From Octopus sinensis (taxonomy: Eukaryota), in assembly GCF_006345805.1 (NCBI RefSeq), contig NC_043004.1, forward strand, positions 35,960,001 through 36,024,000: DNA of 64,000 nt, written 5' to 3'. Shown here piece after piece: positions 39,091-51,499 of this stretch (positions within the stretch are counted from its first letter, which is position 1; each line of letters opens with the position of its first letter). The notes beneath the pieces were generated by a model. It was given only the letters and a program-made list of their open reading frames with translations. It was not told the DNA's origin and made no database searches. The position numbers and the translations under genes are program-made.

Positions 39091-39574
39091 ATTATTTTCT
39101 TACTTTCGTCTAAATCTCGTCTTCTCCCAGTGCCCGGTGTCGTTTTTGCCCCTCTGTTATCACCATGTCTCTCTCCCTCCCTCCCTCTCTCTCTCTCTCT
39201 CTCTCTTTTCTCTCGCGGTGTCGTTTTCCCTCTGTATCGCTGTCTCTCTCTTCTCTCTCTCTCCCTCTCTCTCTATATATTTCACTTTCACTCGCTGCCA
39301 CAGGCTTCTACCCACACATCCGCTTTCCCTCCCCTATAAAACCCTACGCACGAGGCTTGACCGCCCTTATTATTGCTTTCTTTTTTCATCTGCGTTGTGA
39401 GAAATTTGCTGCCTTTGTTGAGAGAGTTCGAATTTTTGCTTATTGTTGATTGTGTTAATTGTTATTTGAACGGTGCCCGTTGTGTAGCGGTAATTTTCGC
39501 CCTGCGGGGCGGAAGATTCTGTATTTAAAGTTGTTATTGCCTTCGAGGTGATTTTTTGAAGCATTTTTTGTGAA

Positions 39575-41020
39575 ATGGATTTCGACTTGGCGTCGAAGAG
39601 TGATTTTCCCGCGATGGGAACGGGTGAGTTGGGGGACGCTGAAGTGACAAAGCGGTCTTTTTCGGCCGCGGTGGGCGGAGCCGTGATGGACGTTGAATTC
39701 AGGATCGAGCAGCTGTTCGAGTTTGGGAACTTGGTGAGGGTGGAGGGAGGCGAGGTCGGACTTGTGCCGCCGCAGGCGAGGGTGCAGGAGGTAGGGGAGG
39801 GAACAGTCGTGTGCAGGGTGTGTAGCTGCAGGGAGGAGAGAATTGTGGACGTCGGGAGTGAAATTGTCGAGGGGTGCTTGTCCCCGGTGTGGGACAAAAT
39901 TCGCCATGTCGTTAGAGGTGCTCGAAGCGCTACTATTGAAGCGCATTTTGACTCGGCTGAGGTAGCAAGAGAGGTGTCATCATTGACCCTGAAAAATGAT
40001 GATATCATGCTGCTACCCTCGTATATGGGAAAACGAACAGCTAAACTGCTGGTAGAGGACATACCGAGAGGGTATGATATTATGTGGGTAGCAGCGGCGG
40101 TCCTGCACAATGTTGAGCGGGAGATTTCGATTCTGCAGATGAGAAGGAAAGAGGAGGTACGCTGGAAGGGACAGACGCTGGAACTCCTCGTTCAAGCAGA
40201 GAACAAGATATTGGAGAACCTGCCCGATAGAATATTTAACGAAGATGGAACGTCCATGAGAGTGTCGGTGGAGGGGCGCAGACCCAGATGTTTTAAATGT
40301 GGCGAGAAGGGCACGTCCACTCGAACTGCTTAAAAAAGAAAACCAATGAAGCCCCCTCCTCAAAGTGCTTCTAACACTGAAGGGGAGAAGGGGGAAAAAG
40401 AAAACAAGACGACGACAAGAAAAGAAACAGAAACGGATTGACCGAACAAATGGATTTTACACAGGTGACACACAAAAGAAAAAAGACAACACCCTGGACT
40501 CCCCTCCCCAAACAAGGAAAAAATCAGCAAGCACCGCAGACACACACATAAAGCAAATTCCCCAGCCCTACCCCCATGGCACTGTTTTCATTGGGAACAG
40601 TTTGCCAAGCCCCTCCCCATAAAACAAGATGTGAAAAAGTCTTTACAAAAAAATGATAAGATCATTGCTTTTGATGAAAAAAACGAAAGGGTATATAAAT
40701 ACTATAAATTTTCAAAATTCCAACTTTTTAGCAAGGCTACAGACATAAAAGCAACCACTCGCTTCGCAAAAGTGGGGGAAGACGGGTGGAAGGAGGAAGT
40801 ACTGCAGGAACATCTAAAGAACAGACTGATTAGAGATGTAACAAAAGAAGTACTGGAGGGTAAACTTGTTATAACCCCGGCAACCACACCTACCCAGAGC
40901 CCGGTGGCAACGCGGTTAAGAGCCCTGCAGCTACGACCACAAGGGAGGAAGAAGGGGAGGCGGGCAGATTTAAACTGTCATGCTCCCTTTCTCAACCGTA
41001 AGTTCCTTTATTTTTTCTCT
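39575..41020 (+). pseudogene. Tx1 ORF1 (gag-like, CCHC zinc knuckle), frameshifted; 3' end approximate
   Basis: ORF 39575-40333 ends RPRCFKCGEKG; adding one C at ~40312 restores C-X2-C-X4-H-X4-C (CFKCGEKGHVHSNC). Confidence 0.8.
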
Positions 41021-41028
41021 CACCGACA

Positions 41029-44000
41029 ATGGCTAAGCTGGGTGTGTGAATGTACGTGGAATGGGGTCGAAATGGAAACAAATTTGCTTCCTGAACGACC
41101 TCACGACACATGGAGTAGACATAGCTATTGCAACCGAGTCCAAGATGAACGGGGCCCAAGCGTTCTCGCCTCTTCTAAATGGGTTCGAGAAATTTATTTC
41201 TCCTAGCCGAGGAAGAGGCAGAGGCGTGGCAGTCTTATCAGGAAGAGCTTGGACTTGCAGGTAAGTACTGTCTTTCTGGACCCAGAAGGCAGGCTGGTTG
41301 TTCTGGATGTCACCCACGTAAGTAAACAGTCCTTCAGGTTGGTAGCTGTCTACGCTCCGAACGAGAGTAGACAGACGGGTTTTTTTCGGAACCTGGAGCC
41401 CTTTTTAGCGACGTCGAAAACGGTAATCCTAGTAGGGGACTTTAACACTGTCCTTGAAGCGCGGGTCGACAGTGTTGGCTCAACCAATAGGAAGGGGAAC
41501 CCTAGCCTCAAGGGTCTACTAGAGAGCTTTGATCTAGTGGACCGTTACCGACTGGATGAGCCGAGCGTTCCACAGTGGACGTGGAGTAACAACGACGGCT
41601 CACGCAGATCGTATTTAGATAGGATATTTATTAAGAAAAGATATAAGGATACGTTTAGTTGTCCACAGTTCCACATTGTGCCTTACACGGATCACAAATT
41701 TGTGACGTGTGGGATGCAATTGGACAAGTGTCATAGACAGGGACCCGGGTACTGGAAGCTGAACAAGGCTATTTTGAATTGTGAAGACTTCCGTACCCGG
41801 ATTAAGGTGTTAGTACAGAGGGCATTGTGTGGCACCATCATTAACAATAGATGGTGGCACTCCCTCAAAAGAGCCATTCGTTCAGAGTCCATCAGATTTA
41901 GCAATCAGCTAAGGTTAGATAGGTCTAGGATAGAGGACGATTTAGTTAAGAATCTAAACGAGGCAATGGAAGCTGGCTCTGCATCCGGAGTGTTGGCGGC
42001 AAGGACGGTATTGTACCGTCACCTTAACTCCAAACACGAAGGTTGCAGAGTCAGAGCTAAGCTACGCGCTGGGAAACGAGAAGGTATTAACGTTGCCGGA
42101 TGGACCCGTCGAGTGGAGAGCAGAGAGGTAACAAAGCCTCAATCAAATCTTTAACTGACGAACAGGGACAAAAGATCTATGGACAGGAGGAGATGCAAAA
42201 GTTTCTTCACCAGCATTTCGCCCGCGTGTTCGGGGGTGGTGTGGCGCGCCGGAGCGGGGGAGGACCTTAAAGGACTTCCTGGCCGGCGGACCGCGGCTCT
42301 CGGGGCGTGAGGTGGAGTGCTGTGAAGAAGCGATCACTCCCGCGGAGATAGAGGGGATACTGGCCGGATGCGCCGGGGAGAAGTCGCCGGGGTTGGATGG
42401 TCTGCCCTACGAGTTTTACCAAAGTATGCCGGACTTGTTCGGGGGAATATTGGCAGGCGTCTACACGAACTGGCAGCAGAATGGGAGAATTCCCAGCTCT
42501 GTAAGCCGGGGAGTGGTGACGCTAATCCAGAAAGACCCGAGCAAGGGGGATAACATTAGTAACTACAGGCCCATAACTCTACTTAATGTAGAGTTAAAGA
42601 TTTTGGCCAGGTGTTGGCAAAAAGGTTGACGGTTGTCGTGGAGAAACTTGTAGGGAGAGCACAGATATGTGCAATTCCAGGCAGGTCGATCCAGGACAAT
42701 CTTCACCTTATACGCTACACCTTAGACAGGGTGGGTAAATTAACCGGCAAGGGCGGGGTAATGGTCCATTTAGACCAAAGTAAAGCGTTCGATAGGGTAG
42801 ACCATGAGTACCTGGCGACGGTCCTCGAAGCGGCTGGACTGGGCCCTGAATTTCGCGGGTGGATCTCCGCTATGTATAGCGGCATCAAGTCCACCGTCCA
42901 GATAAACGGTTACCTAACGGAACCGTTTTCGATGAATGTTCAGTTCGTCAAGGGTGCCCCTTGTCACCACTTTTGTACGTGTTGGCTCTTGAGCCATTGC
43001 TGCGAAAGTTGGAGAGGCTGGGAAGCAACCCGGATGAGATCGGAGGTGGGAGGACGGTTACTGCTTATGCGGATGACGTCACCCTCATCGTGTCCAATGA
43101 GGCCCAGCTACCTTGTGTGGAAGAGGCTATCAGAGGATACGAGGCGGTGGCAGGAGCAAAGGTTAACAAGGACAAGTCGGTTGGCTTGCGCCTCGGCACC
43201 TGGAGGAGCAAGTCGATATCGTCATGCGCCGTGGGACACTGGACGGATGGCCCTGTTAAGTTGCTAGGAGTCTGGTTTGGGCCAGACTCCCAAACGGAGA
43301 GGAACTGGAGTGAGGTGACGAGCAAGGTGGAGGCCATAGTACGGACCTGGTCCGGAAGGTTTCTGTCCTTGAAAGGAAGGGCGGAGGTGGTACAGATGTT
43401 CATTGCATCTGTAATCACTTACCGCCTGACCGTTGTCCCTTGCCCCGATTCATGGCTTAGCAAGTTGGAGCGAATCCTTTTCCGCTTTTTGTGGAAGGGA
43501 GGAAAGCCACTTGTGAGGCGCTCCGTTTGCTGCCAGGAACCGTTAAAGGGTGGGTTAGGAATGCCTTGGTTGATGATGCGCAGACATGCGTTGAGGCTGA
43601 AGCATCTCTGGCACCACCTGGAGGGTGATAAGGTGTGGAGTCCGCTGGCAGGGGATTTTTCCCGAGACCGGCCTCCTTAGCGAATTTTAAACCCGGTCGC
43701 ATCAAAAGATGGAAACTGACTTTATGGCAAAAGGAGTGCCGACAGGCACTCACGCTGATCCACAAGGCGGGCAAGGCCGGCTGCGGAAATACCACCTCGG
43801 TATTTTATAGAAGGCTGGTAGAGGCAAAGAACGACGACGTCCTAGGAGGGGCTCTGGGGTTTGACGAAGACCAGCTTACCAACCTGTTTAAAAAGACTTT
43901 TGGATAATTTCCAAAGATCCCTGGCCTGGCAGTGCTATAGGAATGCTTTACCTGTTCGCGAGAAGTTATCGCGGCACGGAATTTCAGTGCCACCGACGTG

Positions 44001-44442
44001 TCCAAGGTGCGAGTTGGACGATGAAACCGTCCAGCACGCTTTTGTACACTGTCGGAAGTTGTCAGACTTGATAAGTTACGCAGAACACGTGTTATCGCAT
44101 CTGGGACGAGTACAGCTGTCGGCTGAGTCTATGATTAAGATGATACCGCCAACTGGACTCTCGAAGGAAGGTGAGGCATGTTTTCACTGCACGGTTGCAG
44201 TAGTAAAAGAATGCATGTGGAGAACAAGAATGGAAGGAGTCGCGATAGGATCCTTTGTCTCGGGCCCCGGCTTGCTCACTTACTTCAGATATCATCTGAA
44301 GAGCAAAATGGGGCTGGAAAAGAGGATCTTACCACGGGGTGTGTATGAGAAAAGATGGAAGGAAGTGGAAAAAAAGGGGGTGTCAGAAACCCAGCTTAAC
44401 TATGGAGGGAGGAGAGGAAACAAAAGCTGCGGGGCCTTATAA
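41029..44442 (+). pseudogene. Tx1 ORF2 (APE + RT + C-terminal CCHC), multiply frameshifted
   Basis: VAVYAPN, VGDFN, SYLDRIF, YTDH, GPGYWKLN, KSPGLDG, YRPITLLN, LDQSKAFDRV, AYADDV, CPRC..ETVQHAFVHC across successive frames. Confidence 0.9.
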
Positions 44443-45246
44443 ATTGCCGGGGTTAAAACTTCGGTAAGATCGAAAGGTTATGAAATGTTATAAGATTCTA
44501 TTGGTCACGTAAAGGACATTTATAGACGAATTTTTTTAATCCAAATGTTATGGAAAATTTTTAAATCGAACCTCTTATTATTTGTTTTGCATGTATGTCA
44601 TGTATTTGTACTTCTATGTAACGATTGTATAATCGTAATAAAGAAATTCCTTATTATTGCTTTCCTCCTGGCTATAACACACGAACTACGAACCGCAGGA
44701 TGATGAATAATATCAGCTAAGTCATATTTAAGTTCACGACTTGTCCCTCTTTCATTGTTTTTGCAAGTATTATTATCACCATCAATCCTTATTATTGTGT
44801 CCCCCATATATTACCGTTATCCTTCGTCTCAAATGCTAGCTGAAGCATATAAACTTTCGCTCACAAAAACTTATTCACACGACCGCAAAAAAAAAACATC
44901 TCGTCTCAAATCTGGTCTTTCTGTCGCTTAATTCTCTAACCCATCTTTCCCAACTTCCACTCATAGAAAATTATGCACACGACCGCAAACCTTTCCATCT
45001 CAAATCTTGCCTTTCTTACTGCCGCCTAAATCTCGTCTTCTCCCAGTGCGCAGTGCGCCCGCCCTCCCGCCCCCACCACCAGTACCGGAAGTCCTTATCT
45101 CACCTTGCCTTCCTTTGCTTTTCTTCCATGAACACCTAAAGGCCTTAAACCACCATACCACCCCTTCTATATATGGTGGTGACCATACGGCGCAAAAACA
45201 TGTTAGTGCAGTGTAACAGGTTGAACTTAAGTTCATTGCTTTGCTT

Positions 45247-48200
45247 ATGAATTCTGCCAAATGCGAGTTTTCTTCTTCTTTTCAGGTACATGACGGCACT
45301 GCTCCCCGTCCCTGGGCCTCTCGGGTCAATACCTTCCACCCCCTCAGGGTGGGCACCCTCAACGCTGGCACACTGAAAGGTAGGTCTGGCGAGATAGTCG
45401 AGATGCTTGAACGGAGACGTGTTGACGTATGTTGTATGCAAGAAATAAGGTGGAGAGGAGGATCTGCTAGGTTCTTCACAGGCAAGGAACACAGGTACAA
45501 GATTTCTGGGGCAGGGAACACTGACGGGGTTGGTGGCGTGGGTATACTTATCGCTGAGAAATGGATAGAGTAATTGAGGTAATCAGAGTAAGTGACAGAA
45601 TACTTAAGATTAGAATAGTGCTTCATAATAGATTAGCAACCATTATATCGGCCTATGCCCTCAGCCAGGGCTACCCGATGGACAGAAAGACAGTTTCTAT
45701 GACACCCTACTGCAGACCACCTCATTGACGAACGACAGGGACCTTCTCTTTGTGGCTGGTGATTTCAATGGGCATGTTGGACGACATGCTGGGGGCTTCC
45801 ATGGCGTGCATGGAGGCTACGGTTATGGTTCCCGCAACGAGGAGGGAACCAGGCTGCTGGAGTTCTGCGATGCGAATAGTCTTATGATCTGCAACACTAA
45901 CTTCAGGAAACCAACAAGCCACCTGGTCACCTACCGATCGGGCCGGCATACTAGCCAAATCGACTACATCCTCGCCAGAAAAAGGGAAAGATGGCTGCTT
46001 ATAAATGCCAAAACCTTCCCAGGCGAAGAATGCACCCCACAACATAGACTGGTAGTTAGTGACTTTAGGATCAGGACTAAGAGGGCGACTAGAAGACGAC
46101 CAACATGGAGAAGAAGGGTCTGGAAGCTTAAAGACCCTGCGAATGGACAGAGATTTAGAGATATGTTACTTGAAGCCTTTGACGAAGTGGAAGGGGGTAT
46201 AGCTACACATGGGTAGAAGACAACTGGACGTTTCTGAGGGACAACCTGCTGAAAGCCGCTGACCAGATCTGTGGCTGGTGCAAAGTCCCCTTAAGACCCA
46301 AAATAACATGGTGGTGGAACAATATTGTTGATAGGGCTATTAGACAAAAGAAACAGGCTTGGAAGGCCTGGAAGAACGGTGGTAGCAGGGAAGTGTATCA
46401 GACTGCCAGAAGGGAAGCTAGGAGACAGGTCTATCTAGCCAGAGGGGAAGCAGATAAAAGAAAATTTGCCAATGTCCTGCGCCGTGAGGATGAAAGACTT
46501 GAGGTATTTCGTGTTGCAAGACAGTGTGTGAGAGAGAATCGAGATGTGGTAGGAGAGAAATGTGTTCGCATGGAGGATGGTTCACTTGCGCTAAATGAGG
46601 ATGCAAAGAGAGAAGCTTGGAGACGCCACTATGAAAGGTTGCTGAATGAGGAAAATGAATGGGATAAAGAGAGTCTGCCGAATGTTGACCCAACAGAGGG
46701 ACCAGCTATCCGAGTTGATAGTTCCGTGGTAGTTAAGGCAATTAGAAGCATGAAGACAGGGAAAGCCCCAGGCCCATCAGGAATTACTGCAGAGATGCTC
46801 AAAATATCTGGTAGTGTCGGCTATAGCATAGTCACCCGTATAGTTAACCAGGTGATACACGAAGGAGTCATACCCAATGACTGGTGTAGCAGCATAATAG
46901 TCAACTGCTACAAAGGTAAAGGCGATGCCCTAGATACAAATAACTACAGGGACATCAAGCTGTTGGATCAGGTAATGAAGGTTACGGAGAGGGTTATAGC
47001 CCAGTTAATTAGAGAGAGAGTTAGCTTAGATGATATACAGTTTGGGTTCGTGCCAGGGAAAAGTACTACTGATGCTATATTCCTGGTAAGACAGCTGCAG
47101 GAGAAATACTAGCCAAAGGTAAGCCCTTGTACCTGGCTCTTGTTGACTTAGAGAAAGCCTTTGACAGGTCCCCCGATCCCTTATCTGGTGGTCAATGAGG
47201 AAACTAGGGATAGATGAATGGTTAGTGAGAGCTGTGCAAGCCATGTACAGAGACGCAGCTAGTAAGGTGAGGGTTGGCAACGAGTACAGTGAAGAATTCC
47301 GGGTAGAGGTTGGGGTCCACCAAGGTTCAGTCCTCAGCCCCCTCCTATTTATCATAGTCCTCCAGGCAATAACGGAAGAATTTAAGACAGGATGCCCCTG
47401 GGAGCTCCTATGTGCTGGACCTTGCTCTAATTGCTGAGTCACTATCAGAACTGGAGGAGAAGTTTCAGGTGTGGAAACAAGGATTAGAATCGAAGGGCCT
47501 TAGAATCACCTAGCCAAAACCAAAGTCCTAATAAGTAGGAAGGTGGACCAACCACAAACGACTTCAGGTAGATGGCCCTGCTCGATCTGTAAAAAAGGTG
47601 TAGGTAGAAACTCTATAAGGTGCACCAAGTGTAAGCTATGGACACATAAGAGGTGCAGCAATGTCAAAGGAAGGCTAACTAAGAAAATAGTTTTTGTCTG
47701 TGGCAGATGCTCAGGAGAAATAACACTGGAAATGTGCAGAGACCAACTTCTACCACGTTCCAGGGAGACAAACTAGAAGTAATTGATAGCTTCCGCTACC
47801 TAGGAGACCAAGTCAGTAGCGGGGGTGGTGTGTGCTGAAAGTGTAACTGCTAGAGTAAGAATAGCCTGGGCAAAGTTTAGAGAGCTCTTACCCCTGCTGG
47901 TGACAAAGGCCTCTCGCTAAGAGTAAAAGGCAGACTATATGATGCGTGTGTACGTACAGCCATGCTACATGGTAGTGAAACATGGGCCGTGACAGCTGAG
48001 GATATGCGTAAGCTTGCAAGAAATGAAGCCAGTATGCTCCGATGGATGTGTAATGTCAGTGTTCATAATCGTCAGAGTGTAAGTACTTTGAGAGAAAGTT
48101 GAACCTAAGAAGTGTCAGTTGTGGTGTGCAAGAGAGACGGCTGCGCTGGTATGGTCATGTGACGAGAATGGCTGAAGATAGTTGTGTGCAAAAGTGCTAC

Positions 48201-48358
48201 ACCCTAGCAGTTGAGGGAACCTGTGGAAGAGGTAGACCCATGAAAACCTGGGACGAGGTGGTGAAGCACGACCTTCGAACTTTAGGTCTCACCAAGGAAA
48301 TGACTGAAGACCGAGTCCTATGGAAGTGTGCTGTGCATGAGAGACCCGGCAGGACTAG
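45247..48358 (+). pseudogene. RTE ORF (APE + RT + PHD-like insert), multiply frameshifted
   Basis: VGTLNAGTL, MQEIRW, AGDFNGHVG, QIDYIL, KAPGPSG, QFGFVPGKSTTDAIF, GVHQGSVLSPLLF, LRWYGHV, GRGRP. Confidence 0.92.
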
Positions 48359-50720
48359 TCAGGCCATATCCCGTGGCCCCTACCTGGGACGTAGTCGATC
48401 CACCTGTGCATACCTTCCTTCTTGTGACACTTGTGAAGACCTGCTGAGGCAAGTGAAAATCAATCAAAATAGATGAACATCAATGGAATTTGTATCTTGT
48501 GGTACCAGTGCCTATGGCACACAAGAAAACCATCCGAACGTGGCCGTAGCCAGTACCGCATCGACTGGCCTCCGTGCTGTGGGAACATGGTGGCACATAA
48601 AAACACCATCCGAAGACCCGCAAGACTAGTCAGGTCATAACCCTGGGGCCCTACCTGGGACGTAGTCAGTCCACCTGTACATACCTTCCTCTTGTGACAC
48701 TTGTGAAGACCTGCTGAGGCAAGTGAAAATCAAATCAAATCAAAATAGATGAACATCAATGGAATTTGTATCCTTGTGGTACCAGTGCCGGTGGCACACA
48801 AGAATCCATCCGAACGTGGCCGTAGTCAGTACCGCTTGTGGTACCAGTGCCGGTGGCACACAAGAATCCATCCGAACGTGGCCGTAGTCAGTACCACATC
48901 TCTGGCCATCGTGCTGTGGGCACATAACAAACACCATCCGGTCGTGGCCGGTACCAGTGCCGGTGGCACACAAGAATCCATCCGAACATGGCCGTAGTCA
49001 GTACCGCATCACTGGCCATCGTGCTGTGGGCACATAACAAACACCATCCGGTCGTGGCCGTTCACCAGCCTCATCTAGCACCTGTGTCGGTGGCACATAA
49101 AAACACCTTCCAAAGACCCGGCAAGACTAGTCAGGACATAAACCATGGCCCCTACCTGGGACGTAGTCAGTCCACCTGTGCATACCTTCCTCCTTGTGAT
49201 ACTTGTGAAGGCCTGTTGAGGCAAGTGAAAATCAATCAAATCAAATCAAAACAAATCAAAATAGATGAACATCAATGGAATTTGTATCTTGTGGTACCAG
49301 TGCCGGTGGCACACAAGAGAAAACCATCCGAAAGTGGCTGTAGCCAGTACCGCATCGACTGGCCTCCGTGCTGTGGGCACATGACAAACACCATCCGATC
49401 GTGGCCGTTCGCCAGCCTCATCTAGCACCTGTGTCGGTGGCACATAAAAACACCATCCGAAGACCCGGCAAGACTAGTCAGGCCATAACCCATGGCCCCT
49501 ACCTGGGACGTAGTCAGTCCACCTGTGCATGCCTTCCTTCTTGTGACACTTGTGAAGACCTGTTGAGGCAAGTGAAAATCAAAACAAATCAAAATAGATG
49601 AACATCAATGGAATCTGTATCTTTGTGGTACCAGTGCCGGTGGCACACACTTTGTGGTACCAGTGCCGTGGCACACAAGAGAACCATCCGAGCGTGGCCG
49701 TAGCCAGTTCCGCATCGACCGCCTCCGTGCTGTGGGCACGTAACAAACACCATCCGATCATGGCCGTTCGCCAGCCTCATCTGGCACCTGTGTCGGTGGC
49801 ACATAAAAACACCATCCGAAGACCCGGCAAGACTAGTCAGTCCACCTGTGCATACCTTCCTTCTTGTGACACTTGTGAAGACCGGTTGAGGCAAGTGAAA
49901 ATCAAAATCAAATCAAAATAGACAAAATAGATGAACATCAATGGAATTTGTATCTTGTGGTACCAGTGCCTGTGGCACACAAGAAATCCATCAGTGCTGT
50001 AGTCAGTGCGGTGGGCACATGACAAACACCATCCGATCATGGCCGTTCGCCAGCCTCATCTAACACCTGTGTCGGTGGCACATAAAAACACCATCCGAAG
50101 ACCCGGCAAGACTAGTCAGGCCATAACCCATGGCCCCTACCTGGGACGTAGTCAGTCCACCTGTGCATACCTTCCTTCTTGTGACACTTGTGAAGACCTG
50201 CTGAGGCAAGTGAAAATCAAAACAAATGAACATCAATGGAATTTGTATCTTTGTGGTACCAGTGCCGGTGGCACGGGGCACATAAGAAAACCATCCGAAC
50301 GTGGCCGTAGCCAGTACCGCATCGACTGGCCTCCGTGCTGTGGGCACGTAACAAGCACCATCCGATCGTGGTCGTTTGCCAGCCTCATCTGGCACCTGTG
50401 TCGGTGGCACATAAAAACACCATCCGAGCGTGGCCGTCTGCCAGCCTCGTCTGGCACCTGTGTCGGTGGCACATAAAAACACCATCCGAGCGTGGCCGTC
50501 TGCCAGCCTCGTCTGGCACCTGTGTCGGTGGCACATAAAAACACCATCCGAGCGTGGCCGTCTGCCAGCCTCGTCTGGCACCTGTGTCGGTGGCACATAA
50601 AAACACCATCCGAGCGTGGCCGTCTGCCAGCCTCGTCTGGCACCTGTGTCGGTGGCACATAAAAACACCATCCGAGCGTGGCCGTTTGCCAGCCTCGTCT
50701 GGCACCTGTGTCGGTGGCAC
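48342..50720 (+). repeat. Higher-order tandem array in the RTE 3' UTR
   Basis: Six macro-units starting (A)AGACCCG at 48342, 48613, 49113, 49460, 49819 and 50098, then five near-identical 62-bp units from 50391 to 50700 plus a partial one. Confidence 0.95.
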
Positions 50721-50894
50721 ATAAAATCACCCACTACACTCTCGGAGTGGTTGGCGTTAGGAAGGGCATCCAGCTGTAGAAACACTGCCAGATCTGACTG
50801 GACTGGTGCAGCTTTCGGGCTCCCCAGACCCCAGTTGAACCGTCCAACCCATGCTAGCATGGAAAGCGGACGTTAAATGATGATGATGATGATG

Positions 50895-51200
50895 ATTATT
50901 ATTATTATCATTATTATTATCATTATTATCATTATTATCATTATTATTTTCAACAATTCTATCTAATTTTATATTCTTCCTATTTAATCTAGCTATGATG
51001 GTACCTATATTGGGGAGAGAAGATTATGAGATTCTAACTCTCTTAGGTGAAAAGATTCTATTATATCTATGGGAAGTAGGGAAGTTTTTTTCTAAAATAG
51101 CTATAAATTTTCTATATATGTTTTTGGATAATGCCAGTTGTATGGGATATTGAACCAGACAAGATTCTTGCCTTTAAATTGTTTGTGTAAGAGCGGGATA
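50895..51200 (-). mobile_element. Naiad-type Penelope-like fragment ending in Asn codons
   Basis: WFNIPYN / RKFIAILEKNFPTSHRYNRIFSPKRVRIS*SSLPNIGTIIARLN...NNNDNND; paralog of ORF 53257-54099. Confidence 0.8.
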
Positions 51201-51204
51201 ATTA

Positions 51205-51284
51205 TATATATATATATATTATATATATATATAGTATATATATGTATATATGTATATATATGTATATATATGTATATATGTATC

Positions 51285-51316
<32 letters not shown>

Positions 51317-51490
51317 AATGTATATATATATATATATGTATATATATGTATATATGTATATATTATGTATATATGTATATATATATATATATGATATATA
51401 TATATAAATGTATATATATGTATATATGTATATAATATTATATGTATATATATGTATATATGTTATATATGTATATATATGTATATATAT
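51205..51490. repeat. (TA)n/(TATG)n tract
   Basis: Directly visible. Confidence 0.95.
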
Positions 51491-51499
51491 GTAGCGAGA

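Larger units (their letters stand above)
39381..44648 (+). mobile_element. Full-length Tx1/L1-group non-LTR retrotransposon
   Basis: 16-bp TSD CCTTATTATTGCTTTC at 39365-39380 and 44649-44664; two ORFs; AATAAA at 44637-44642; visibly GC-richer than the flanks. Confidence 0.92.
39097..50895 (+). mobile_element. Full-length RTE-clade LINE (5' boundary tentative) with nested Tx1 and expanded 3' UTR
   Basis: APE-RT ORF 45247-48358; (GAT)n tail from ~50878; ATTATTATT at both ends as a possible low-complexity TSD. Confidence 0.6.

Noticed and set aside
50391-50720. Regular 62-bp repeats resembling a CRISPR array
   Set aside because: The units are contiguous near-identical copies with no unique spacers, there are no cas genes, and they lie in a eukaryotic LINE 3' UTR.
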